Part shown: positions 1 to 15,429 of the stretch, piece after piece
Layout: each line of letters begins with the position of its first letter
Position numbering within the stretch: the stretch's first letter is position 1
DNA from: the human T2T-CHM13v2.0 reference genome, Homo sapiens
Assembly (NCBI RefSeq): GCF_009914755.1
Contig: NC_060947.1
Direction: 5' to 3' (one strand)
DNA: 64,000 bases
Notes under the pieces: generated by a model
Told to the model about the DNA's origin: nothing
What the model saw: the letters and a program-made list of their open reading frames with translations, nothing else
Databases searched by the model: none
Program-made: the position numbers and the translations under genes

Positions 1-600
1 TCATCATCCTCACCATTACCCTAATGGTTTTGCTTTTAATGGGTCCCAGCATTTACTTCTGCCAGGTTCCTAGGAGAACTACTAAACCTGGGTCCGATTT
101 AGATATTATTTGTAATGTGCCATTACATTGTTTATTTATATTACAGTACACGTCATTGAAGGGCACAGAGAAAATCAAGTTCAGAGCCAATACTCTACCG
201 TGGTATTGCCTATTACTCACAAATATACTCACTAATGAATTCCCTAACTGTTAAATAATTAGGCAAATGGTGTTTACAATGTTTTGTATTATGCAGAAAT
301 CTTTGGTTGGTTGTTATATAAATGTTTCAGGGTATTTTAGTAATATCTAGAAAAATGGGTTGGGGTTTTTGAATGGGCTGCAAATGCAATGGGTTTTCTT
401 CAGTCAAATCATGAAAAATGCTGCTGTAATCTGAATATTTGCTTTCCAATATGTTTTCAGAAATGAGCTAGATTCAGATAATGAGGAATTCCTGTACTTG
501 CACTTCTATTTCTTATTCCTTGAGCTATAAAATCCCTTGACTCTCCATGTAAAATGAAGATATAACACCGTTACCTATTCCCTTTGTTTCTTCTCTCCTT

Positions 601-913
601 TGTCAAAGACTCTCTCCTTTGACCAAATCTTTAGTCAGCTGAAACTGCCTTCAGCAATAATCCTGTCAGTCAGGTTAGCCAGAAACTCCTTATCCTTGAT
701 ATTTCCTCTTAGTAATTTTCTATCCACTGATGCCCCCTCCCCCACCCTGCTCCCTGATTATAAATCCCCACTTGTCCATGCTGGAGTCCGAATCCAATCT
801 CTGTCCTCCACTGCAAGACTCCATTGCAGTGGTCCCTGTACCTATCACCACTTACTCTCTCGAATAAGATCTGCCTTACCAACTTTAACAAGTGTCATGT
901 ATAATTTTTAACA
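601..913 (+). mobile_element. Solo ERV1-class LTR (MER31/MER67-like)
   Basis: Begins TGTCAAAGACTCTCTCCTTTGACCAAA and ends TAACA. 4-bp TSD CCTT at 597-600 and 914-917. Internal TATAAA. Family name from recalled consensus. Confidence 0.7.
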
Positions 914-919
914 CCTTCT

Positions 920-1850
920 ACTCCCTACCCATTTCTGCCTCTGTACTTGTATTCTTTTGTTGTCAAGGTTGATAACATTTAGATTCTGTTCTATAAATCT
1001 AAAAGTGCTTTGTCTATAGTTGGTTCTAAAAGTTGAAAATCAATATATGGTAATTACATTACTATAACTATTCAATATTGCTTGCTGCACATCTCAGTAA
1101 TGTATTATATTCTTTTCCTAATACAACGTTTTTGCCTTCCTGGAGGCTTTATTTGCATTTCTTGTTTTCTTTGTTTGCCTCTATCATCTCCTTCTTAGGA
1201 TAATCCACATTCCTAAGGATCCAGATAAATCTCCAGAATCCCCTTTACTCCTAGATGCTCCTTTCTGAGTCCTCTGTCCTCCTGCATCCATGGTGACTGG
1301 GTGTTCTTTAGGCCAGTTGCTCAACTGTCATCCCAGGACTCCCCTTCATTGATCTCCTCGGCTGAATGTTTTCTGATACTCATGTCATTCTCTTTCTAGG
1401 TTTATACCTCATTCTTACACACATACCCAAGGAACATATTGAGAAAAGGTGCATGGGGATTGAATTTTATAAATTCCTGATGATCTAAAAATGCCTCTAT
1501 TCTACCCTCACACTTAACTGATCATTTTCAAGATATGGAGTACTAGGTCAAAAAGAATTTTCCCTCAGATTTTGGAGATCTTGTTCTTTTGAATGTAACC
1601 TGTTTCACCACGTCTTTGGATGCATTTAGAATCTGCTCTTTATCACTACTGTTTTGGAATTTCACGCTAATATACTTTGACAAATTTTTAATTTTCGTTT
1701 GCTGTACTGGATGCCTGGTACTCTTTCAAACTTAAGGTTGATATTTTTTTCTTCAGCCTAGAGATGTTTTATTCTATTACTACTTTGGTGATTTTCTCTC
1801 ATCCACTTTTTTCTGTTATTTATTTATGGAACTCTTATTAGTCATATGGA
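920..1850 (-). mobile_element. Highly decayed L1M fragment(s)
   Basis: T-rich plus strand with decayed antisense L1 phrases (tctaccctcacactt, tttccctcagatttt). Boundaries approximate. Confidence 0.4.
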
Positions 1851-2612
1851 TTCAGAAATGTCACTTTGCTCTGAAATGATTATTATTGCAACTGTATACT
1901 TCACATCCTATAATGAGGAGGAACAGATACTTTACACCCTGAGATAAACAAACAGAAACCAGGGTCACCCTACCTAGTTTTCTTTCCCCAAAAGAAGCCA
2001 ATCCTTAAGCCTTTCCTGAAAGTTACTGACTCCCTAAGAAAAACAATTCTCTCTTGCCTTTTGTGATGTCAGTGTCTGCAGATATGTTGCAATCCTTTAA
2101 AAAATGATAATCATGTGAGAAAATTGTTGTTTTCCACCATAAACTAAATGTAAATTCAGTAACCTCTAGTTTTGTTAATCTTCTAATCTTCTAGTTTTTG
2201 TTTTTATTCCCCCCACTTCAAATACTTGTTACTCCTTTTACAGCCTGGACTGCCTTGCAGACCTTTTCTACAATTAAACTTCTTTGCTTACTGAAAGCTT
2301 TCATCCCTGAGGCTTGTTTTCTTGCTCAGATAATGGACTCAATCACACAAGAAGGAATAATAGAGATTACGGTATAAGTCTAGTCCTGTGTAATTTGGGG
2401 TACTCTAGTTATTTAAATTTACCATCTGCTTTTTATTAAATTTGCAATCTTCTCTAGATATGAATAATTCCCAAATAGACCTTTTGGTTAAAAGACTCGA
2501 TGGGGTGGAGCCAAGATGGCCGAATAGGAACAGCTCCAGTCTACAGCTCCCAGCGTGAGCGATGCAAAAGATGGGTGATTTCTGCATTTCCAACTGAGGC
2601 ACCGGGTTCATC

Positions 2613-2939
2613 TCATGGGGGAGTGCCGGACAGTGGGTGCAGTGCACCATGCATGAGCCAAAGCAGGGCAAGGCATCGCCTCACCCGGGAAGTGCAAGGG
2701 GTCAGGGAATTCCCTTTCCTAGTGAAAGAAAGGGGTGACAGACGGCACCTGGAAAATCGGGTCACTCCCATCCTAATACTGCCCTCTTCCAATGGGCTTA
2801 ACAAATGGCACACCAGGAGATTATATCCCGCACATGGCTCAGAGGGTCCTACGCCCACGGAGCCTCGCTCATTGCTAGCACAGCAGTCTGAGATCAAACT
2901 GCAAGGCGGCAGTGAGGCTGGGGGAGGGGTGACCACCAT
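2613..2939 (-). CDS. L1 antisense ORF0 homologue (open reading frame; expression unknown)
   Basis: MVVTPPPASLPPCSLISDCCASN...GVTRFSRC matches the primate L1 ORF0 peptide. Donor CAG|GTGCCG lies at ORF0 nt +191 (exon end 2749). Confidence 0.7.
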   Translation of the reverse strand: MVVTPPPASLPPCSLISDCCASNERGSVGVGPSEPCAGYNLLVCHLLSPLEEGSIRMGVTRFSRCRLSPLSFTRKGNSLTPCTSRVRRCLALLWLMHGALHPLSGTPP

Positions 2940-3513
2940 TGCTCAGGCTTGAGTAGGTAAACAAAGCGGCCTGGAAGCTCGAACTGGGTGGAGCCCACCA
3001 CAGCTCAAGGAGGCCTGCCTGCCTCTGTAGGCTCCACCTCTGGGGGCAGGGCACAGACAAACCAAAGACAGCAATAACCTCTGCAGTCTTAAATGTCCCT
3101 GTCTGACAGCTTTGAAGAGAGTAGTGGTTCTCCCAGCACGCAGCTTGAGATCTGAGAACGGGCAGACTGCCTCCTCAAGTGGGTCCCTGACCCCCGAGTA
3201 GCCTAACTGGGAGGCAACCCCAGTAGGGGCGGACTGACACCACACACGGCCTGGTACTCCTCTGAGACAAAACTTCCAGAGGAATGATCAGGCAGCAACA
3301 TTTGTGGTTCACCAATATCTGCTGTTCTGCAGCCACCGCTGCTGATACCCAGGCAAACAGGGTCTGGGGTGGACCTCCAGTAAACTCCAACAGACCTGCA
3401 GCTGAGGGTCCCGACTGTTAGAAGGAAAACTAACAAACAGAAAGGATATCCACACCAAAAACCCATCTGTACGTCCCCATCATCAAAGACCAAAGGTAGA
3501 TAAAACCACAAAG

Positions 3514-4587
3514 ATGGGGAAAAAACAGAGCAGAAAAACCAGAAACTCTAAAAATCAGAGCGCCTCTCCTCCTCCAAAGGAACGCAGCTCCTCACCAGCA
3601 ACGGAACAAAGCTGGACGGAGAATGACTTTGACGAGTTGAGAGAGGAAGGCTTCAGAAAATCAAACTACTCCGAGCTAAAGGAGGAAGTTCGAACCAATG
3701 GCAAAAAAGTTAAAAACTTTGAAAAAAAATTAGACGAATGGATAACTAGAATAACCAATGCAGAGAAGTCCTTAAAGGACTTGATGGAGCGGAAAACCAA
3801 GGCACGAGAACTACGTGATGAATGCACAAGCCTCAGTAACCGATGCGATCAACTGGAAGAAAGGGGATCAGCGATGGAAGACGAAATGAATGAAATGAAG
3901 CAAGAAGAGAAGTTTAGAGATAAAAGAATAAAAAGAAATGAACAAAGCCTCCAAGAAATATGGGACTGTGTGAAAAGACCAAATCTACGTCTGATTGGTG
4001 TACATGAAAGTGATGGGGAGAATGGAACCAAGTTGGAAAACACTCTTAAGGATATTATCCAGGAGAACTTCCCCAATCTAGCAAGGCAGGTCAACACTCA
4101 AATTCAGGAAATACAGAGAATGCCACAAAGATACTCCTCGAGAAGAGCAACTCCAAGACACATAATTGTCAGATTCACCAAAGTTGAAATGAAGGAGAAA
4201 GTGTTAAGGGCAACCAGAGAGAAAGGTCGGGTTACCCACAAAGGGAAGCCCATCAGACTAACAGCTGATCTCTCGGTAGAAACTCTACAAGCCAGAAGAG
4301 AGTGGGGGCCAATATTCAACATTCTAAAAGAAAAGAATTCTCAACCCAGGATTTCGTATCCAGCCAAACTAAGCTTCAAAACTGAAGGAGAAATAAAATC
4401 CTTTACAGACAAGCAAATGCTGAGAGATTTTGTCACCACCAGGCCTGCCCTAAAAGAGCTCCTGAAGGAAGCACTAAACATGGAAAGGAACAACCGGTAC
4501 CAGCCACTGCAAAAAACATGCCAAATTGTAAAGACCATCAAGTCTAGGAAGAAACTCCATCAACTAACGAGCAAAATAACCAGCTAA
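3514..4587 (+). CDS. L1 ORF1p (RNA-binding protein), open, with a terminal frameshift extension
   Basis: MGKKQSRK...RRATPRHIIVRF...REKG...ARREW...YPAKLS. An extra A in the A-run at ~4511-4517 bypasses the normal stop, giving 357 aa instead of ~338. Confidence 0.85.
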   Translation: MGKKQSRKTRNSKNQSASPPPKERSSSPATEQSWTENDFDELREEGFRKSNYSELKEEVRTNGKKVKNFEKKLDEWITRITNAEKSLKDLMERKTKARELRDECTSLSNRCDQLEERGSAMEDEMNEMKQEEKFRDKRIKRNEQSLQEIWDCVKRPNLRLIGVHESDGENGTKLENTLKDIIQENFPNLARQVNTQIQEIQRMPQRYSSRRATPRHIIVRFTKVEMKEKVLRATREKGRVTHKGKPIRLTADLSVETLQARREWGPIFNILKEKNSQPRISYPAKLSFKTEGEIKSFTDKQMLRDFVTTRPALKELLKEALNMERNNRYQPLQKTCQIVKTIKSRKKLHQLTSKITS

Positions 4588-4594
4588 CATCATG

Positions 4595-8426
<3,832 letters not shown>

Positions 8427-9379
8427 ACAATGAGAACACATGGACACAGGAAGGGGAACATCACACACCGGGGACTGTTGTGGGGTGGGGGAGGGGGGAG
8501 GGATAGCATTAGGAGATATACCTAATGCTAGGTGACGGGTTGGTGGGTGCAGTGCACCAACATGGTACATGTATACACGTGTTGCGGGCCTGCACATTGT
8601 GCTCGTGTATCCTGGAACTTGAAGTATAATAATAAAAAATAAAAATAAAAAAAAATAAAAGACTCGTGGCCTAAGATTTAAAGGGAAAAATTTATCAGGG
8701 TTACTAAATTTACAGTTTAGTTGTTTGTGATAGAAAAAAAACCTAATTTTCTAACATGACAGTTCACATATATTCAGAAAGCTCCACAGGTAATATATCA
8801 GAGCTCCAGACCCTCAGTGGAAAGTTAGCAGACCAGTCTGTAGGATGTACAAGGGAACTGCTTTGTCATATATTTATACAAGATGTTTAAACAAGATGGA
8901 TCAGCAGCTGTTATATGTTAAAAAGGAGCTGACTGAAGAAAAGAAAGCCCTACCATTTTACTTTGGAGGTAACAATACCAGCATAGCAGGAATTCCTGAC
9001 AACCACTGGTTGCAGAGAAAGTAGTTTGTTTACTGGAATCTGATGAAAAAGTAACCAAACTGGCATGCCTTCAGTTTGAGAGTATTTCTTACATACAACT
9101 GCTGTCACTCTATTCCAGGGGAGATTCCAATTGCATTGCTTCACTGCTACATTTGTAGATCTGAGGTTTAAAAAGAAATGTTTTTCAAGTGATTATGTAA
9201 AGCAGTAAATGCTTGCAAAAATATTAGAAATATATATGTATGCCACACTCTTTAAACTGATTTTGAAAATAATCAGAAAGCACCTTCTTTAAGCACTACA
9301 CAAAGCTACTAGGTATTAATAATTATTGCAAAACCCTAGTAATAAAAGGAGTGTAGTAGCAGAGCAGTAACTCAAAAGT

Positions 9380-10320
9380 AATCCAATGGAACAAAATAGC
9401 CCAGAAACACATCTGTATATTTATGGGATCTTAGTATATGATAGAGGTATATCATATAGAGTATATGATAGAGGTATCATAAATTAATGTGGGGAAGAGA
9501 AATCACTTAGTAAATAGCATGGGTAAAATTGGCTCATTGTATGGAGAAATAGAAATTTGTTTATCTATTTACACTATGTACAAAAATAAACTTTTCATGG
9601 ATTAAAGATATAAAGGTGAAAAGTGAATCTATAAAGATAATAAAAGCAAGCTAAGAATTTGGAGACCTCACGACACGAAAAGAATTCTTAAATAAACCTC
9701 CAAAAGCACAAACAGTAAGGTGAAAAGACAATGGATTTGACTATACCAAAATTAAAGTCTTCTTTTCAACAATGGACACCATAGACAAAGTTAACAGGAG
9801 GGTGAGAAAGATATTTGCAATGTCTAAAGCTAGCAAAAAAGTAATATCTAGGATGAGCAAGAAATTTCTTCTAAATCACAAGTATAAGACAGACATTCCA
9901 GTAGGAAAATGGGCAAAAGATAAGAAAGACAGCCTCACATGTATACATATGTAACTAACCTGCAGAATGTGCACATGTACCCTAAAACTTAAAGTATAAT
10001 AAAAATAAATAAATAAAAAATAAAAATAAAAATAAAGATTAAAAAAAAAAAAAAAAAGAAAGGCAGCCTCATGCCTGGGATTATATCCCAAGAGAAGCTT
10101 ACTGAAATACAAAAGGAGATACATAAAAGAATGTTTACTGAAGTGATGCTGTGGGGAGCAAGGAGTGGAGTATCTACAATGTCCATCATTAGGTACGTGA
10201 AGTAGTACACAACAGTCAGAAATAAGGAATTAATTTTACATGCAGCAAAAGGTAGCTCTCATAAACATAATGTTGCATAAAAGGGGCAAGAAAGATATGC
10301 ATTTAAAACGTTATGCAATT
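9380..10320 (+). mobile_element. Old L1M (L1ME-like) ORF2 end / 3' UTR fragments
   Basis: Decayed phrases caatggaacaaaatagcccagaaacac, atggattaaagat and gaaaatgggcaaaaga. Interrupted by a tiny young L1. Confidence 0.55.
9938..10055 (+). mobile_element. Extremely 5'-truncated young L1 (L1PA2/3-like), ~60 bp of 3' UTR plus A-rich tail
   Basis: catgtatacatatgtaactaacctgca...cctaaaacttaaagtataat followed by an A-rich tail. 16-bp TSD AAGAAAG[A/G]CAGCCTCA at 9922-9937 and 10056-10071. Confidence 0.9.
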
Positions 10321-10654
10321 TTTAAATTAAACACGTGCAATACTCTGATTTTTCAAAGACACACATGCCTCTAAATATTCACATATTAGTTGGATTGAAC
10401 GGACACTCCCTAAATATTCATGGGTGGGCCCAAGAAAAGGAAGTGTAGAAGGAACGGGAAATGAAATGGAAAACAATAAAAGAAAATAAAGCAAAAAGAG
10501 GTCTTCCACCATTCAATGATGTTGGTGTGCCTTGAACAGTGGAGTCTGATCAATTTAGTTTTGTACATCTGAGGCCCTAAAGGAGAAAATAAGGCCACGC
10601 AGAATCTGAAAATCAAGTATAGTCAAACTACCCTTGAAAATCCTTAAACTACAA

Positions 10655-11200
10655 TCCATTCATTCATTTACCAAATGTTTATGGAGCACCTGCTTTGTGC
10701 TGAGCACTGTCCTAGATGCTTGAGATGCAGGAGGGAACAAAACAAAGGTCACTGCCCTGTGGGAACTTTCCTCCCAGAAGGAGAAGACAGACAATAAATG
10801 AGAAATATTATAATTCAATTCTTTAGCATGTTTAAAGGTAATATATGCCATGAAAACAATAACAGAAAGCAGAATAAGCAGGATTAGGAGTGTTTGTGGG
10901 GGCGGGGGATCCATAACTTTGAGTCAAGGTAAGTCTCATTGAGAAGCTGACATTGGAAAAGAAACTTGAAGGAGGTGAGGGAGTTTGCACTGACTCCTCC
11001 TTCATTGTCTGGCAGAGGAATGATCAAGGTAGAGGAACCAGCCAATGTCAAAGCTCTGAGACGGGAGCATGCCTGGCACGTTCAGGGAATGGCAAGGAAG
11101 CCAGCATGGCTGGAGCTGAGTGAGCCAAGGGGAGCACAGTAGGAGGTGAGGGCACAGGTGATGGGGTGCCAGATTGAGTAGGGCCTTATAAGACCACCTG
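10655..11200 (-). mobile_element. L2 3' fragment
   Basis: Starts with the cattcattcattt L2 tail, then gagcacctgctttgtgctgagcactgtcctag and ggagcatgcctggcacgttcagggaatggcaaggaagccag. Confidence 0.75.
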
Positions 11201-13084
11201 TTCTGTTGCATTTAGCCCAAATCAGTGCTGTAAGAAATAACACATAGTCTACAGCCTGGAAGTGCCTAAGGACAGAGCTGACTTGCTCCTGGAAGCATTT
11301 TCTCCAGCAATGAGCATAGTGACTGGCACATAGTAGGCATTCGTGATGACTTTTAATGAAAGAATGAATGGAATGAATGAATAGCCAGATAAAACAAGGC
11401 ATTATGCCTGGCAATATAATTGACCAAAAAAAGAAAAAAAAAGGTTCCGTGGAAAGAGCACTGAATGTGGAGTCAGAATTCCTAGGTTTTAATCCTGATT
11501 TATGAACTTCATGTATGACTTTCTGCAAGTCCCTTCCCTCCTCTTTCTCACACATATCTAGAAAACAAAGAGGTGATGGTGAGAAGAGTGATGGACTAGG
11601 TGATTTCTATGGGTTCTTATTGCCCTGATGGTCTATGACAAGAGTGGTCACAACTTGATAAATGGTGTTTGATCAAATCCAGATAGTTGGGATATAGGAG
11701 TGGGGCATGCCACCATGGGATCCAAGTTTTAGCCTCTGTCAAAGAATGTGAAGGAGACAAGATGCCTCAGAACCCGAAAGCCTCAGGAGGAAAGGCAACA
11801 GTTCTTGTCATTGTTAAAGCCTTGTCTTTGCCATGCAGGGCAATGGTACACACCAAGACTAGAAGCCATTAGCTGGAGAAATATATAACCCTGATGCAGG
11901 GCCTTGGCAAATGAGGGAAACACCAAAGACCTGGAGAAGGCGACATAAAATCAAGAGCTTCCTAGTACAGAGAACCCTAGGAAGTTGGAAATGAAAGGGC
12001 TGTTAAGCATCCTTCTAATCCAATCTCTTAATTTGAAGATACAGTGAAACAGGCCAAAAGATAAGAAGGCAGCTTGACTAATGTCACACACATAGTATGT
12101 GGCAGAATCAGAACCAGACACAAGGCTGCCAATTTCAAATCCAGTGCCCCAGCTGTGTCTTCAAATAGGAAGCCCATGTCCTACCCTACATTCAGAAAAG
12201 GGTAAGTCTATAAATGATTTGGAACTGGAAGACAGAGAATGACCTGTGCACAGATTACAAAGAAAGTAAACAAAGAAATGAAAAGTTTGAACCTTCTCTC
12301 CAGAAAAAATCTTCATATATGTGCAATTTTGCCTGTATTTTCAAGAGATGATTTTACTCTAGGTTGAGAACCCATATAGTATATCATAGAATCCTCATGA
12401 CTCAGAGAAGGAAAGGACTCTGTCATTGAGTCCACTCTTACTGAGCATCTCTGACAGCTCTGATGTTCATCTATTTTCTCTGTTGGAACCTTTTCCTAAT
12501 ATTCTGATCACATGAACACTGTATTGCTTTTGGCCAAAGGCCACTATAGTACTTAAAGCAGAGTAGATATGTTGTGAGCTTTAAAATAAGTTAGTAGGAT
12601 TAAAATAGACCAAATGAAAGTGAGTTTCTAAGAGTAAAAACAGGTCTTATTTTAAGATTGTGTTCATAAAAGGAGTCATCCAATTTATACATCTCTGGTC
12701 ATTTTATCTGCAGCATTAAACCAGTTTTCACTTGGAGTTCTGATATTACATTTCAAAACAAAAATGCTACAGTTTATGCCTACATCCATCCTGTACAGTA
12801 ATTTACTTCATTCTTTTTCTAATGTTGTTTTACAGGTAAATTAAATATCGCTGCCAGAAACTTATTAAAGGATTATAGTTTCAGAGAAACAGAGAAAAAA
12901 GTAAATGTAGAAGGCCCTACAGAAGCAGAATTGCTGGGGTGGATTTATAGAAGGTCACACGCATTTGGAAAACTAAGATAAATTGATGACTACTCTAAAT
13001 TTTAAGTTTGTGATTCAGGTAGCCAGTCTGTGTCTTCAAACAAGACACAGACTGTTTCATGTTTTTTAATGTTTATATTTTTTA

Positions 13085-15175
13085 ATCAACTTCTTTCAGA
13101 AGCTGAGGTATAATTGACATACAAATAAGTGAACACAATTAAAGTATACAATTTAAGTTTTGTACATATTTGTGAAACCATCACCCTAAAGAAGATAGTG
13201 AACATATTCATCACCCCAGAACATTGCCTCATTCCCTTGCAACCATTATTTCCCATCCCTTCCCAATCTCCAACTCCCAGACAAAAATTGATCTGCACTG
13301 TCACTATAGACTACTTCGCATTTTATAGAATTTTATATAAATTGAATCATACAGTGTGTACTTTTCTTTGTTTAGCTTCTTTCAGTCAGCATAATTATTT
13401 TGAGATTCATCCATGATATAATATGTATCACTAGTTCATTTTTATTGCTGAATAATATTGTGTGTATGTACCACTATTTGTTTATTAATTCACCTGTTGA
13501 TGAACATTTGGGTTTTTTTCCAGTTGGGGGCTATTTCAAATAAAGTTACTCTTAACATTTGTTACAAATTTTGTTACAAGAAACTGTCAAAGTATTCTCC
13601 AAAGTGGTTGCACCATTTTACATTTCCAACATCAGTGTGTAATGTTCCAGTTTCTGTACATCATTGCCAATACTTGTAATAGTTGGTGTCTTTAATTTTA
13701 GCCATTCTAGTGATGGGGTAGTTGTATCTTATTGAGGTTCTAATTTGTTTTTCATTAATAAATAATGATATTGAGCGTCTTTTCATGTGCTTATTTGCCA
13801 TCAATATATCTTCTCTGGTGAAGTGTCTGTTCAAATCCTCTGCCCATTTTATGTATTGGGTTGTCTTCTTATCATTGAATTAGAAAATTACTTTACATAT
13901 GCTGGATACTAGTCCCTTATCAGATATGTAATTTGCAAAAATTTTTTCTAAGCCTATGGCTTGTTTTTTCTTCTCTTAGCACTGTTTTTCAAACTGCAAA
14001 AGTTTCCAATTTTGATTATGTCTAATTTATCAAATTTTTCTTTTATGGATCTTGCTTTTTTCTGCCCTCTCAAAGAAATCTTTGCTTAACCCAAGGTCTC
14101 AAGACTTTCTCCGATTTTTTTCTAGAAATTATATAGTTTTCATTTCTATGTTTAGGTCTATGATCCACTTTTACAGAATTTTTATATGTGCAAGGTATGG
14201 ATCAAAGTTTTGTTTATTTGGTTGGTTTTGGGTTTTGTTTATTGATATTGTTGCTATTGTTTTTGCATATAACTATCCAAATTGTTTTAGCATTGTTAGG
14301 TTAAAAAGATCATATTTTCTCCACTGACTTGACTTTGCACTTTTGTCAAAAATCAATTGACCACACACATAGGCGTCTATTTCTGGACTCTCTGTTCTGT
14401 TCTACTTGTCTATCTTTATGCCAATACTATGGCTATATAGTACCTCTTTAAATAAGCTAGAGTAAGTCTTCCAAATTTGTTGTTTTTGAAAGTTCTTTTG
14501 GTTATTCTGGGTCATCTGCATTTCCATGGGAACTTTAAAATTAGTTTGTCCATGTCTACAAAAAATGCCTGCTAGAACTTTGATTGAGATTGTACTGAAT
14601 CTACAGATCAATCTGGGGAGAACTGACATCTTAATATTGAGTTCAGTCCATGAACAAGACATATATCTACATTTATTTAAATCTTCTTTAATTTCCATCA
14701 GTGATGTTTATTAGTTTTAATTGCATAGATCATCCATATTCTTTGATAGATTGATTCCTCAATATTTCATATTTTATGATATTGTGACTGAGAATATTTC
14801 CTTTCAATTTCCAATTGCTCATTGCTAGTATATAGAAATTTAATAGATTTTTGTATATTGATCTTGTATCCTGCAATGTTGCCAAACTCACTTATTAGTT
14901 CTACTGTTTGTTATAGAAATCACAGGATTTCCTACATAGATGAGCATGTTATCTGCAAAAAAATGAGTTTTATCCCTTCCTTTCTAATATGGATGCTTTT
15001 TATTTCTCCGTTTTTTTGAATTGATTGCACTGACTAGAATCTTTGGTGCAACATTGAATGGGAAAGGTGAGAGCAGTCTTGTTCTTGATCTTAGGGGAAA
15101 AGCATTCAGTATTTCACTATTAAGTATGATGTTAGCTTTAAGTTTTTTTCATCAATTCCCTTTATCAAGTTGTAA
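13085..15175 (-). mobile_element. L1MB/L1MC-like 3' UTR and ORF2 fragments
   Basis: gaggtataattgacatacaaataa 3' end. Minus-strand translation EIKEDLNK...SCSW...LNIKMSVLPRLICRFSTISIK is decayed ORF2. Confidence 0.8.
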
Positions 15176-15429
15176 CCAATGCTTTTAATTTTAAAAGTAA
15201 TACAGTGGAATATTCCCGTCACTGTGGTGGAGTGAGTATTCTGAAATGCTTTCTTGCTCCACAAACTATGAAGCTAGATAAATTACAGCAAATTTCCTTA
15301 TGAATGCATAGCTGACCTTGCAAGAAATTTAAAAAAAGTTTATCTCCAGGAGCTAAAATCAGAGTGGCAAGGGACCACAGAAGGCAGAAGCTTGGGGTCA
15401 TTTTCCAATTCCAGAAACCTTATAGCCTT

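Noticed and set aside
9433-9480. Short direct duplication agtatatgatagaggtat x2 (similar ones at ~22421-22464 and ~27124-27152)
   Set aside because: Two-copy local slippage duplications with no spacer array. Not CRISPR-like and no evidence of function.
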